From a virus (lineage: Duplodnaviria > Caudoviricetes): a stretch of DNA of 46,019 nucleotides. Numbering within the stretch: position 1 is the stretch's first letter; each line of letters opens with the position of its first letter. The notes beneath the pieces were generated by a model. The model was not told where the DNA came from and did no database searches. It saw only the letters and a program-made list of their open reading frames with translations. The position numbers were made by a program, and so were the translations under genes. Below are positions 35,311 through 43,427 of the stretch, one piece after another. The stretch covers positions 1 through 46,019 of the IMG/VR virus record IMGVR_UViG_3300030330_005866; one strand, 5' to 3'.

Positions 35311-35894
35311 AGCGCAAGTTCTTTACATTCAAGCCGTTTATTGATGTACTGTTCTGCTGCCTGTTGATGTTGGTGGCGATTCTTTATCTTCTCAAAACAG
35401 AGGACAACAATCAAAAAATGCGGCCACCGAACGTTATGTATCAAGTGATACTAACTTGGGATGGCAAAAGTGAAGATGATTTAGATTTGTGGGTTGAGGC
35501 TAGTTCGGGGCATATTGTGTCTTTTAATAGACGGGAAGGAGGTGCAGGAAGTTTAGTATCTTTGGATCATGACGCCTTGGGTTATTCTAGGAATAATAGA
35601 ATCCACGGCGGTCAAGATGGTAGTGTTGTAGGCAAAAACGAAGAAATAGTTTCATTCAGAGGTATTTTTGTTGGAGAAAACACTGTCAACGTCCACGTTT
35701 ACGCTAAAGTAGATGACGAGCCAGTTACAGCCACTATAACTCTTATAAAAATAAAACCATTTGAAGAAATAGTTAAAAAAGAAATTGTTCTGTCTGCTGA
35801 CGGCGAAGAAAAAACAGCATTTAGATTCATAACTGATGGCGCAGGAAGTGTAAAAGAAATAAACGAGCTACCAAAAATATTAACTAAACCTTAA
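35307..35894 (+). CDS. ExbD/MotB-like TM anchor plus YfaP-like domain protein
   Basis: TM with Asp (PFIDVLF), then LTWD...DDLDLWV...LDHD...EEIV...VNVHVY. Confidence 0.65.
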   Translation: MKRKFFTFKPFIDVLFCCLLMLVAILYLLKTEDNNQKMRPPNVMYQVILTWDGKSEDDLDLWVEASSGHIVSFNRREGGAGSLVSLDHDALGYSRNNRIHGGQDGSVVGKNEEIVSFRGIFVGENTVNVHVYAKVDDEPVTATITLIKIKPFEEIVKKEIVLSADGEEKTAFRFITDGAGSVKEINELPKILTKP

Positions 35895-35903
35895 TAAATT
35901 GGC

Positions 35904-35932
35904 TTGACTTTTCTTAAAAAACCTGTTACCAT
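35904..35932 (+). promoter_or_regulatory. sigma70-type promoter (leaderless)
   Basis: TTGACT-17 nt-TACCAT, 6 nt before the ATG at 35939. Confidence 0.7.
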
Positions 35933-35938
35933 TGAGGC

Positions 35939-36577
35939 ATGAAGATTTTAATTTTAATTATTTTTAGCTACTCTGCTTTTGGACAGTTAATGAGTCTAAC
36001 TTTTACCCCAAGATTTTCAAGTGGACGCGCCATGCACGGCGGCATAAACTTACCTAGACCCATACAGGTAAATCCGCAAAGAATGATTCCATTCCGAGCC
36101 ACGCCAAACCAACAAGCTCAACCACAGCAGAGTACGCCGACGAAGCAGCCTTTAAGAGCAATAAATAATAGATACCCAAAAAATAATTCAAATATTATGG
36201 GTTTCAGAAGTTACGAAAGAATTAATCTAAAAGACCACAAAAAGAGAGCGGAGGCCGCTAAAATATACAAAGAAAAACTATCAACTCTTAGAATTTCTTT
36301 GAGGAGTTATAGAAAATCCCCTCCAACACCTACAACTCCACCCGCCTTGCCACCAACTATAGCTACAAATAGCCCACCTCCAGTTGGAGGAGTTACTCCA
36401 GCCGTAATGCCACCAGCAAATTCTAATGCTCGTCCAGCGGTTATGCCTAACGATACTCCTCGAACCCCCACTATTCAACCCCGCCCTTGGCTGGATATAC
36501 CGAATGATATACCGACGAACTCACCTCCAGCTATTGCGATTGGAATGCCAGCCCCGCAACCAAGACAATTAGATTAA
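35939..36577 (+). CDS. Secreted proline-rich protein
   Basis: Signal peptide; Pro/Thr-rich C-terminal half. Confidence 0.7.
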   Translation: MKILILIIFSYSAFGQLMSLTFTPRFSSGRAMHGGINLPRPIQVNPQRMIPFRATPNQQAQPQQSTPTKQPLRAINNRYPKNNSNIMGFRSYERINLKDHKKRAEAAKIYKEKLSTLRISLRSYRKSPPTPTTPPALPPTIATNSPPPVGGVTPAVMPPANSNARPAVMPNDTPRTPTIQPRPWLDIPNDIPTNSPPAIAIGMPAPQPRQLD

Positions 36578-37281
36578 TGAGAATTGTATTAATAATATTG
36601 TTTTTGGTAAGCTCGGTGACCAATGTTTCTTCTCAGGGTATTCCTAGATTTTTATGGAACCCCGTTGTAAAGCCTTACGATTTTGTACCAAATCCAGACA
36701 GTAATAGCTCAAGCCAGAGGGGCTTTGATAGTAATTCAAATAAGTCAAATCCATATACGTTGGGTACTCCATATTTAGTTACTGAGCTTGGCTCTGTTAC
36801 AATCGGCGGTAAAAAAGTGACAACAACTGATACGTTTTGGGTTTACCCTTATACCTCGAATGATAGAGTTGGATTAAGCGCGAAAAAACCTTTCATCATT
36901 GAAAGTATGATTATGAACCGTTCGTACACCGATCCTGATACAAATAATCATGTTTTTCTCAAGGATATACCTAACCAACACAGCAGTAATTCCGGAGTCA
37001 GAAAATATAATCCGCTAGATGAACTTGTGTTTGCGAAAATGTATGGTAATTATTTCATCAATCCGTCTGTAAACCAAGCCAATCAAGATGATGCTGGGTT
37101 AAATGTTGTGGATAGCGCATTCGGCTCGCCACTAGATGCTTCTAATTTAGTAAGCACAAGAAACATTGAAGAAGTAATGCTTTTGGGTGACTATAAAGCT
37201 AAAATAAGAAGAATGAATAGAATGCCTTATCTTTCAGAAAGTTATTTATACCTAAATATAAACCTCAAACTAGTACAATAA
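36577..37281 (+). CDS. Secreted hypothetical protein
   Basis: Signal peptide MRIVLIILFLVSSVTNVSS. Confidence 0.7.
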   Translation: MRIVLIILFLVSSVTNVSSQGIPRFLWNPVVKPYDFVPNPDSNSSSQRGFDSNSNKSNPYTLGTPYLVTELGSVTIGGKKVTTTDTFWVYPYTSNDRVGLSAKKPFIIESMIMNRSYTDPDTNNHVFLKDIPNQHSSNSGVRKYNPLDELVFAKMYGNYFINPSVNQANQDDAGLNVVDSAFGSPLDASNLVSTRNIEEVMLLGDYKAKIRRMNRMPYLSESYLYLNINLKLVQ

Positions 37282-37290
37282 TAAATCAAA

Positions 37291-37521
37291 ATGGCAACCA
37301 AAGAAGATAAATACGAAGACAATGTAAAGGGTAAATATTATGTTGATACAGAATGTATTGACTGTAATTTGTGTCGTGAGTTAGCCCCAGACAATTTTAC
37401 TAACCATGAAGACGGATACTCTTACGTTTATAAACAGCCAACAGAACAAGGAGAGGCAGACGCTTGTGCAGAAGCTATGGAGAACTGCCCCGTAGAGGCG
37501 ATAGGAGATGACGGAATTTAA
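37291..37521 (+). CDS. Ferredoxin (single-cluster type)
   Basis: CIDCNLC...CPVEAIG. Confidence 0.9.
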   Translation: MATKEDKYEDNVKGKYYVDTECIDCNLCRELAPDNFTNHEDGYSYVYKQPTEQGEADACAEAMENCPVEAIGDDGI

Positions 37522-37680
37522 GAATGATTAAACATATTCTATCTGCAATTCTTATTATCATTCTCGTTGTTATTGGCATTACTGCCTTAATACCAGCCTT
37601 GCCCATTATAGCCGTTATTATTTATTCGATTTTCGTGTTGATATGGAGCCTGATAACAGGAGAATCTATTTGGGGCGAAT

Positions 37681-37893
37681 ATGGCCCATTTTGGTAAAAT
37701 GTTAAAAAGACTTTGGTTAATTTGGGCTAGAACCGTAGATCATAGAATTGGAAAGACCGACGATGACAAGCCAGATATTCCAATACTAACAAATAAAGAC
37801 GCAGGATACAGCCTTTTAATAAGAACAATAATTGTAATAGTAAATTTAATAACTTGTTTTTTTATTATTGCAAATGTTATAAGACACTGGTAG
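37681..37893 (+). CDS. Small membrane protein
   Basis: LWLIWAR...C-terminal TM ending IRHW. Confidence 0.6.
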   Translation: MAHFGKMLKRLWLIWARTVDHRIGKTDDDKPDIPILTNKDAGYSLLIRTIIVIVNLITCFFIIANVIRHW

Positions 37894-37903
37894 AATATAA
37901 GAA

Positions 37904-38479
37904 ATGAATGTTGCTTTTCCTATTCTGTTTTTGGTGCTAGGCGGGTTATCTTTTTGGCTTCTCGTCGAGTCGAAGCTCAAGTGGTGGATTAAAGTGGTTT
38001 TAATTTCTACGTTCTGTTTATTTACTGTTGGCTTTTGGATGTCGATGCACAGCTTTTTGGGTTGGTCGGCGGATGGTAAATACATTCCTGAAAAAGTATC
38101 AGTTCATTGGGCTATCGTAAAAGAACCAAATAAATTGTCGGGATATGAAGGACGTATATTTTTGCTTTTGGAATCGTCTCAGGAAAGTCCAGAAAAATTT
38201 CCGCTTCTTAAAATGTTTGGGTACAAAAAAGAATCCATTGAACCAAGATTATATACAATACCCTACAGCAGACAACTGCATGAGCAAATACAAAAAGAAT
38301 TAATGCCCAAACTAAAGAATGGTCAGCGGCCAAAAGGCAAATTTTCTCAACAAGCTCCCGCCAAAGCTGGAAGAGGTGATAAAGGTAAATCTGAAAAAAC
38401 CCACGGCGGCGAGTCGCAGCAAGCTGAATGGCGTTTTCACGACCTACTACCCTCGGAAATTCATCGCAAGCCAGAATAA
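37904..38479 (+). CDS. Membrane protein (two TM plus soluble domain)
   Basis: Two hydrophobic helices, LGW, EP...IFLLL...EPRLYTIPYSRQLHEQ. Confidence 0.75.
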   Translation: MNVAFPILFLVLGGLSFWLLVESKLKWWIKVVLISTFCLFTVGFWMSMHSFLGWSADGKYIPEKVSVHWAIVKEPNKLSGYEGRIFLLLESSQESPEKFPLLKMFGYKKESIEPRLYTIPYSRQLHEQIQKELMPKLKNGQRPKGKFSQQAPAKAGRGDKGKSEKTHGGESQQAEWRFHDLLPSEIHRKPE

Positions 38480-38483
38480 TTTG

Positions 38484-38583
38484 TAGGCGCGTACCTGCCT
38501 CACGCTGGTGACTGAGTGCCAAGCTGAAAGGTGCGGAATATGAAACTCAGCAAGGTTGCCCCCGCCTTGACCCAAGGGGGGCG
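38484..38583 (+). repeat. Structured repeat element copy J (hexamer GAATAT)
   Basis: Consensus core plus 3' module, between a stop codon and a promoter. Confidence 0.95.
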
Positions 38584-38592
38584 AAAAAAAGC

Positions 38593-38621
38593 TTGCATCA
38601 TTCGCAAAAACGTGCTATAGT
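38593..38621 (+). promoter_or_regulatory. sigma70-type promoter
   Basis: TTGCAT-17 nt-TATAGT with the AAAAAcgTGc spacer. Confidence 0.7.
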
Positions 38622-38630
38622 ATTTTTACA

Positions 38631-39566
38631 GTGAACGTAATTTCAGAAGATAGAGTAGCTGATTTGTTAGATGGCAAGTGGAGCCTCTCCATCAAAGTCA
38701 TCGAAGACGCTTTTTTAGACCACTCTGCCGAAATGGTTCCTAAAGTTTATCTTGGCCGCACCGGATATGATTTCCGAGCAATGCCAGCCGCGCTGGATGG
38801 TACGGTAGCGGTAAAATGGATTGGAGTATTTCCAAATAACCCTAAAGCTGGATTACCAACAACAACCGGAGTTTTGATTTTAAGCGATAGAGAAAACGGT
38901 GAAACTTTAGCTGTCATGGAATGCAGAACGCTGACTGCGTATAGAACTGCCGCAACCTCTGCAATCGCAGCAAAATACTGCGCCCCAAAAGAAGTAAATG
39001 AATTAGCTTTTATTGGCTGCGGTTTACAAGCTTATTATCATTTCTTAGCTTATCAAAAAGTATTTCCAAATATTAAAACAGTATCTCTTTTCGACAAGAA
39101 TGAAGAAGCAGTAGATAAACTATCAAATAAATTACCAAATAATATAAATAAATTTAAATATGTTGAAAATGTTCAAGAAGCCGTTAGAAAAGCGGATATT
39201 ATTACGACACTTACCCCTTCTACTGAAGGCTACCTTGATATTCTTCATGTTGCAAATAATTGTCATATTAATGCAGTTGGTGCTGACGCTATCGGCAAGC
39301 GAGAGTTAATGACAAATGTGATTGACGGTGCGGCAAATATAATTTGCGACGACCCAGTTCAAGCTTTTCACTCTGGAGAGCTTCAATATAATGAGTGGCC
39401 GTATTTAGACGTAGTAAGTTTGCGCGATGTGATTAAAAATCATAAAACGATGCAATTAGACGCTGGCGTTTCGGTTTTTGACTCTACCGGAGTAGCAATC
39501 GAAGACATCGCTGTTGCTCGACTTGTGTACAACCTAAATTACCAACACCAACTTTTAGATGACTGA
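38631..39566 (+). CDS. Ornithine cyclodeaminase / mu-crystallin family
   Basis: RAMPA, VKWI.VFPNNP, LTAYRTAA, IGCGLQA, HINAVGAD, FDSTGVAIEDIA. Confidence 0.92.
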   Translation: MNVISEDRVADLLDGKWSLSIKVIEDAFLDHSAEMVPKVYLGRTGYDFRAMPAALDGTVAVKWIGVFPNNPKAGLPTTTGVLILSDRENGETLAVMECRTLTAYRTAATSAIAAKYCAPKEVNELAFIGCGLQAYYHFLAYQKVFPNIKTVSLFDKNEEAVDKLSNKLPNNINKFKYVENVQEAVRKADIITTLTPSTEGYLDILHVANNCHINAVGADAIGKRELMTNVIDGAANIICDDPVQAFHSGELQYNEWPYLDVVSLRDVIKNHKTMQLDAGVSVFDSTGVAIEDIAVARLVYNLNYQHQLLDD

Positions 39567-39750
39567 AGAAGAGCGTCAAAAAACAATTTTTGAACTTGAG
39601 CAGCAAGTTTTTGGAGATAAAACAAAGAAGCCCAAAGAATGCGAAGTTTGTGGTAATAAACTTATAAAGGGCGAATGCGAATATCACCCAACACATATTA
39701 GAATGCACCATCAATATTTGATGAGAATGAGAAAACAATACGAAAATTAA
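39559..39750 (+). CDS. Small zinc-finger-like protein
   Basis: CEVC...CEYH. Confidence 0.55.
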   Translation: MTEEERQKTIFELEQQVFGDKTKKPKECEVCGNKLIKGECEYHPTHIRMHHQYLMRMRKQYEN

Positions 39751-40109
39751 TGATTAAAGAATATTGTGATAAATGTGACTGCGAAGTCACCGTTCAAAAC
39801 TGCTCAATCACTATGCACTGCATAGCATGGGATGAGCCTTACGCTGGCCTTTTGTCTCGGCGTAGGTGCATTAATTGCTCTCCCTCAAGAGCACAGCACA
39901 TCGTTCACCCCGATTTTGAGCCAGTGGTGGACGATAGACCACAGTTTGACAAACGAAATCCAGAGGTTTTCCCCACTGAAGAAAAACGGATGGAGTGGGA
40001 GAAACGCTGGACTGCTGCGTGGCTAATCTGCCAGCAGCCTGAAATAGCCGAGGCCGTTATGCAGAAGTTGCAGAACAGAGCTTGGAGCAAAAAGTATTTT
40101 GGAGATTAA
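39750..40109 (+). CDS. Zinc-finger-like hypothetical protein
   Basis: CDKC...CINC. Confidence 0.6.
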   Translation: MIKEYCDKCDCEVTVQNCSITMHCIAWDEPYAGLLSRRRCINCSPSRAQHIVHPDFEPVVDDRPQFDKRNPEVFPTEEKRMEWEKRWTAAWLICQQPEIAEAVMQKLQNRAWSKKYFGD

Positions 40110-40110
40110 A

Positions 40111-40491
40111 ATGAAAAACTACACAATACAAGAACGATTCTTTGTTTTCCTTGGCTTGATTTGCCTTGGAACGTGGTTCACGGGCTACTACCACCATTAC
40201 AAGTGGGATAAGCAGATACAGGAGTCAATGCACAAGAGTGAAGAGATAGCGGAAAAGCACGTAGCTCACTCCATGACTAAAAGTATGGCGATAGACCATT
40301 GGAAAGCCATGTACCTCGGTCAAAAAGGTTATTCTCAAATGTTAGAAAAACAAGTCGATGTAATAAACGACTATTGGAGCAAGGAAAACTCAAAATTAAG
40401 AGACGAGCTTTTTGATTTAAAGCATGGCAATAATCGGACTCTTGACGCGATTATTCCTCCTAAAGATAATGATTCCGATCAAACCAAATAA
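40111..40491 (+). CDS. Membrane-anchored hypothetical protein
   Basis: TM near the N-terminus; probable start MKNY. Confidence 0.6.
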   Translation: MKNYTIQERFFVFLGLICLGTWFTGYYHHYKWDKQIQESMHKSEEIAEKHVAHSMTKSMAIDHWKAMYLGQKGYSQMLEKQVDVINDYWSKENSKLRDELFDLKHGNNRTLDAIIPPKDNDSDQTK

Positions 40492-40663
40492 GCAGGAGGC
40501 TCAAGTCTTAATAATTGGCGGATCACTAGCTTTTGGGTTTTTTCTTGGCGTTTTTTCAGTTAATTACAAACTGAAAGAGACAATCAGAGATCAAGATAAG
40601 CTTATACTATACATCGAACAATTAGAACAAGAAAATGATTTTTTATCTAATCAAGACTTTTAA
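40469..40663 (+). CDS. Small membrane protein
   Basis: TM plus coiled coil; probable start MIPIK. Confidence 0.5.
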   Translation: MIPIKPNKQEAQVLIIGGSLAFGFFLGVFSVNYKLKETIRDQDKLILYIEQLEQENDFLSNQDF

Positions 40664-40788
40664 TTTAGTGTAAAATATTATAAGATGATCTTGCCTCATG
40701 ACGCCGCAAAATGCGGTAAATGTAAAGATGCCAAAGCTTTTGGTGTTTTTGTCATTTTTGTTTTAATTGGTATGGGGATTTTATTACT

Positions 40789-41055
40789 ATGAATATATTT
40801 AGTTCTTTAAAAAGAGATTTGTCTTATTTTGGGGAGGTTTGTTTTCAGTTCTTTTTCCCCAAAGCTTATTGTCGAAGTAGACAAAGATACTTAGATTCTA
40901 ATGCTCGACCAAGAACAGAGACTCACGAGTACCTCACTTGCCGCCGTCAAAGAGACATGTATTTAAAAAATAAACCTATTCGCGGTGCTGAAATGGGTGG
41001 ATCAAGTAGATATACTGATTATAGTGAAGCCCAAAGATATCATGACGAGCAATGA
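40789..41055 (+). CDS. Hypothetical protein
   Basis: ATGA-coupled ORF. Confidence 0.55.
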   Translation: MNIFSSLKRDLSYFGEVCFQFFFPKAYCRSRQRYLDSNARPRTETHEYLTCRRQRDMYLKNKPIRGAEMGGSSRYTDYSEAQRYHDEQ

Positions 41056-41336
41056 AAAGCTATGCTCAATACAAGAAAGAAATCGGCAAGCACCCAGACT
41101 TTACTTGCCCGTTTATAAATTTTGCTGTTGATCAATTAGAAAAACTTAGAGAACAAAATGATTCTTTAAGAATAAAACTTCATGAATGGATGGACGCGAC
41201 AAAAGAAATGTCGCAATCTGCCCAAGATCAAAAGAAACAAATAAGAAAACTAAAAAGCCAAATAAACAAACTCAAAATCCCTCAAGAACAAAAATCAAAA
41301 CTTAAAAACTCCATCGATGATATAATAAATCTATGA
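41052..41336 (+). CDS. Coiled-coil hypothetical protein
   Basis: PDFTCPFI...LEKLREQNDSLR. Confidence 0.65.
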   Translation: MKSYAQYKKEIGKHPDFTCPFINFAVDQLEKLREQNDSLRIKLHEWMDATKEMSQSAQDQKKQIRKLKSQINKLKIPQEQKSKLKNSIDDIINL

Positions 41337-42172
41337 AAATATTATATCCATTAGCGAAAAGGTTTATTGCGGGTCATGATTTTGATTCCGCTAAACCCAA
41401 AATCGAAAAGCTAATAGAAGAAGGATATGAAGTTTCGGTAGATTATTTAGGCGAAGTAAGTCAAACAGTTGCACAATGCGAGAGAGCAAAACGGCAGTAC
41501 ATTGAAATAATCAATTATTATAAGAATAATAAAATAAACATTTCTATCAAGCCTTCGCAGTTAGGTATTTTGATTGACCCTTTGTTTTGTCGAGAAAATT
41601 TACTTTTTTTAGCAGAGCTTGCAAAACTAAGAGGTCACACAATTCGACTAGATATGGAAGACGCTCGTATCACCGACGCCACTATAAATCTTGCTATTTA
41701 TTTAAATGATAAATTTCAGAATGTCGGTGTAGCTTTACAAGCCAATTTACACAGAACAAATAAAGATATACACCACTTAATAAAACATGGCGTTTCAGTA
41801 CGCCTCGTCAAAGGTGCTTATAAAGAAAACCCTGATATAGCTTTTCAAAGCGATTATGCAATCGAGGGGTGGTTTTTTGATTACGCCGCACGACTTTACT
41901 CAGAAAAAGCCAACAAGCCCGCAATAGCTACTCACGACGAAGAACTTATTGAAGATGTACACGAATTAATAACAGACTCTAAATATTACGATTACGAATT
42001 GCTATATGGTATCCGCCGAGACTTACAAAAAGACTTGAAAGACAAAGGTTATAAAGTTAGAATATATGTACCCTTTGGTAAAGATTGGATGCCGTACTGT
42101 ACGAGAAGATTAAAAGAATTTAAGAATCTAAAATTTGTAATTAGAAATGTAATAAAAGAGTGGTTTAAATGA
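41333..42172 (+). CDS. Monofunctional proline dehydrogenase
   Basis: RFIAG, DYLGE, RLDMED, RLVKGAYKE, ATHD, LYGIR, YVPFG..W..Y..RRL.E. Confidence 0.93.
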   Translation: MKILYPLAKRFIAGHDFDSAKPKIEKLIEEGYEVSVDYLGEVSQTVAQCERAKRQYIEIINYYKNNKINISIKPSQLGILIDPLFCRENLLFLAELAKLRGHTIRLDMEDARITDATINLAIYLNDKFQNVGVALQANLHRTNKDIHHLIKHGVSVRLVKGAYKENPDIAFQSDYAIEGWFFDYAARLYSEKANKPAIATHDEELIEDVHELITDSKYYDYELLYGIRRDLQKDLKDKGYKVRIYVPFGKDWMPYCTRRLKEFKNLKFVIRNVIKEWFK

Positions 42173-42606
42173 TTTTTGTTTTATATGGTCAGTCTGGCTC
42201 CGGTAAAACAGAGTTGGGTAGAAAAATTTCTCAGTATATTGGTACAGATTTAGTAATAGATGGCGACGAAATAAGAGATATATTCTCAAATAAAAATTAT
42301 TCTAAAATCGGGCGACAACAAAACATTCGTAATGCCCACAATATTGCAACATTTTTACAACACTCCACAAATAAAGATGTTGTAGTTTCTCTTGTTAGTC
42401 CATACCAAGAATTAAGACAAGAGCTTTGCGAAGCCAATCGTTCAGAAGTTATACAAATTTTATTGGTCACGGACAGAGACTTGAGAAAAGAGTATCATGT
42501 AACAGAGTTTGAAAAAGGTGAACCCGATTACATAATAAATACCAACGATCAAATAGAAGATACTTGGAAGAAGCTTAAAAAAGAAGTATTTTCTAGCTAC
42601 TCATGA
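42169..42606 (+). CDS. cysC: Adenylylsulfate kinase-like protein
   Basis: GQSGSGKT, IDGDEIR, YSKIGRQQNI, SLVSPY. Confidence 0.8.
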   Translation: MIFVLYGQSGSGKTELGRKISQYIGTDLVIDGDEIRDIFSNKNYSKIGRQQNIRNAHNIATFLQHSTNKDVVVSLVSPYQELRQELCEANRSEVIQILLVTDRDLRKEYHVTEFEKGEPDYIINTNDQIEDTWKKLKKEVFSSYS

Positions 42607-43427
42607 ATATAGGTTTTTTCTACACTCCCAACCAACAAGCAAAGCATAGAATTGCTATAAAAAGTCTATATCGCGGGGTTTCACAACAAGAAAATTGTTT
42701 TATATCCTATGATTCTGAATATATTGATTGCGATATCGCCGTAACATGGAGCATCTACAAAGAAAAACTTCCATATACAATAACAAGAAAAGTGATTCAT
42801 GACACGCAAATAAAACTAAATAAAAAAATAATTGTAATTGAAATGGGTTACATCCATCGAGATAGATATTATTCGGTGGGTTATAACTCTCAAAATGGCT
42901 GGGCTGACTTTAAAAATATAAATATGCCACCCGATAGATGGAATGCGCTAGATGTTGATTTAAAAGATTTCAGAAAAGGTGGGGATCATATCTTGTTGTG
43001 CGGCCAAGTTCCTTGGGATACGGCAGTTCAACACGTTGATTATAAAAAGTGGTGCAAAGAAATCGTACAGCAAATAAAACAACATACGGATCGCCCGATA
43101 ATTTTTAGGCCGCATCCACTATCTCACGAAAGTATAAGCGAAATCGAAGGCGCAGAAACTTCAAATAAAGAAACTTTAAAACAAGACTTGAAAAATTGTC
43201 ATGCTGTGGTAGGTTTTAATTCAAACGCTCTTGTTGAAGCTTTAATAGAAGGTTATCCTGTTTTTGCGTGTGATTCGGGAGCTATGACTAAAGAACTATC
43301 AAATAATTTGAAGGAGATAGAAAACCCAAAGTTTTTTGACAGGCAACAATGGGCAAATAATTTAGCTTACAGTCAGTGGACTTTAGAAGAAATGGCTAAT
43401 GGGGCAACGTGGAATCATTTAAAGTGA
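42603..43427 (+). CDS. Capsule-biosynthesis (KpsC/KpsS-like) glycosyltransferase
   Basis: EMGY, QVPWD, FRPHP, NSNALVEALIEGYPV. Confidence 0.7.
   Translation: MNIGFFYTPNQQAKHRIAIKSLYRGVSQQENCFISYDSEYIDCDIAVTWSIYKEKLPYTITRKVIHDTQIKLNKKIIVIEMGYIHRDRYYSVGYNSQNGWADFKNINMPPDRWNALDVDLKDFRKGGDHILLCGQVPWDTAVQHVDYKKWCKEIVQQIKQHTDRPIIFRPHPLSHESISEIEGAETSNKETLKQDLKNCHAVVGFNSNALVEALIEGYPVFACDSGAMTKELSNNLKEIENPKFFDRQQWANNLAYSQWTLEEMANGATWNHLK

Noticed and set aside
16450-38522. Antisense ORFs sharing HLSxWHS-like peptides (16450..16689, 32417..32719, 33970..34194) and similar ORFs at 38208..38522 and 32265..32471
   Set aside because: These are translation artefacts of the non-coding repeat; frames and lengths are not conserved between copies.
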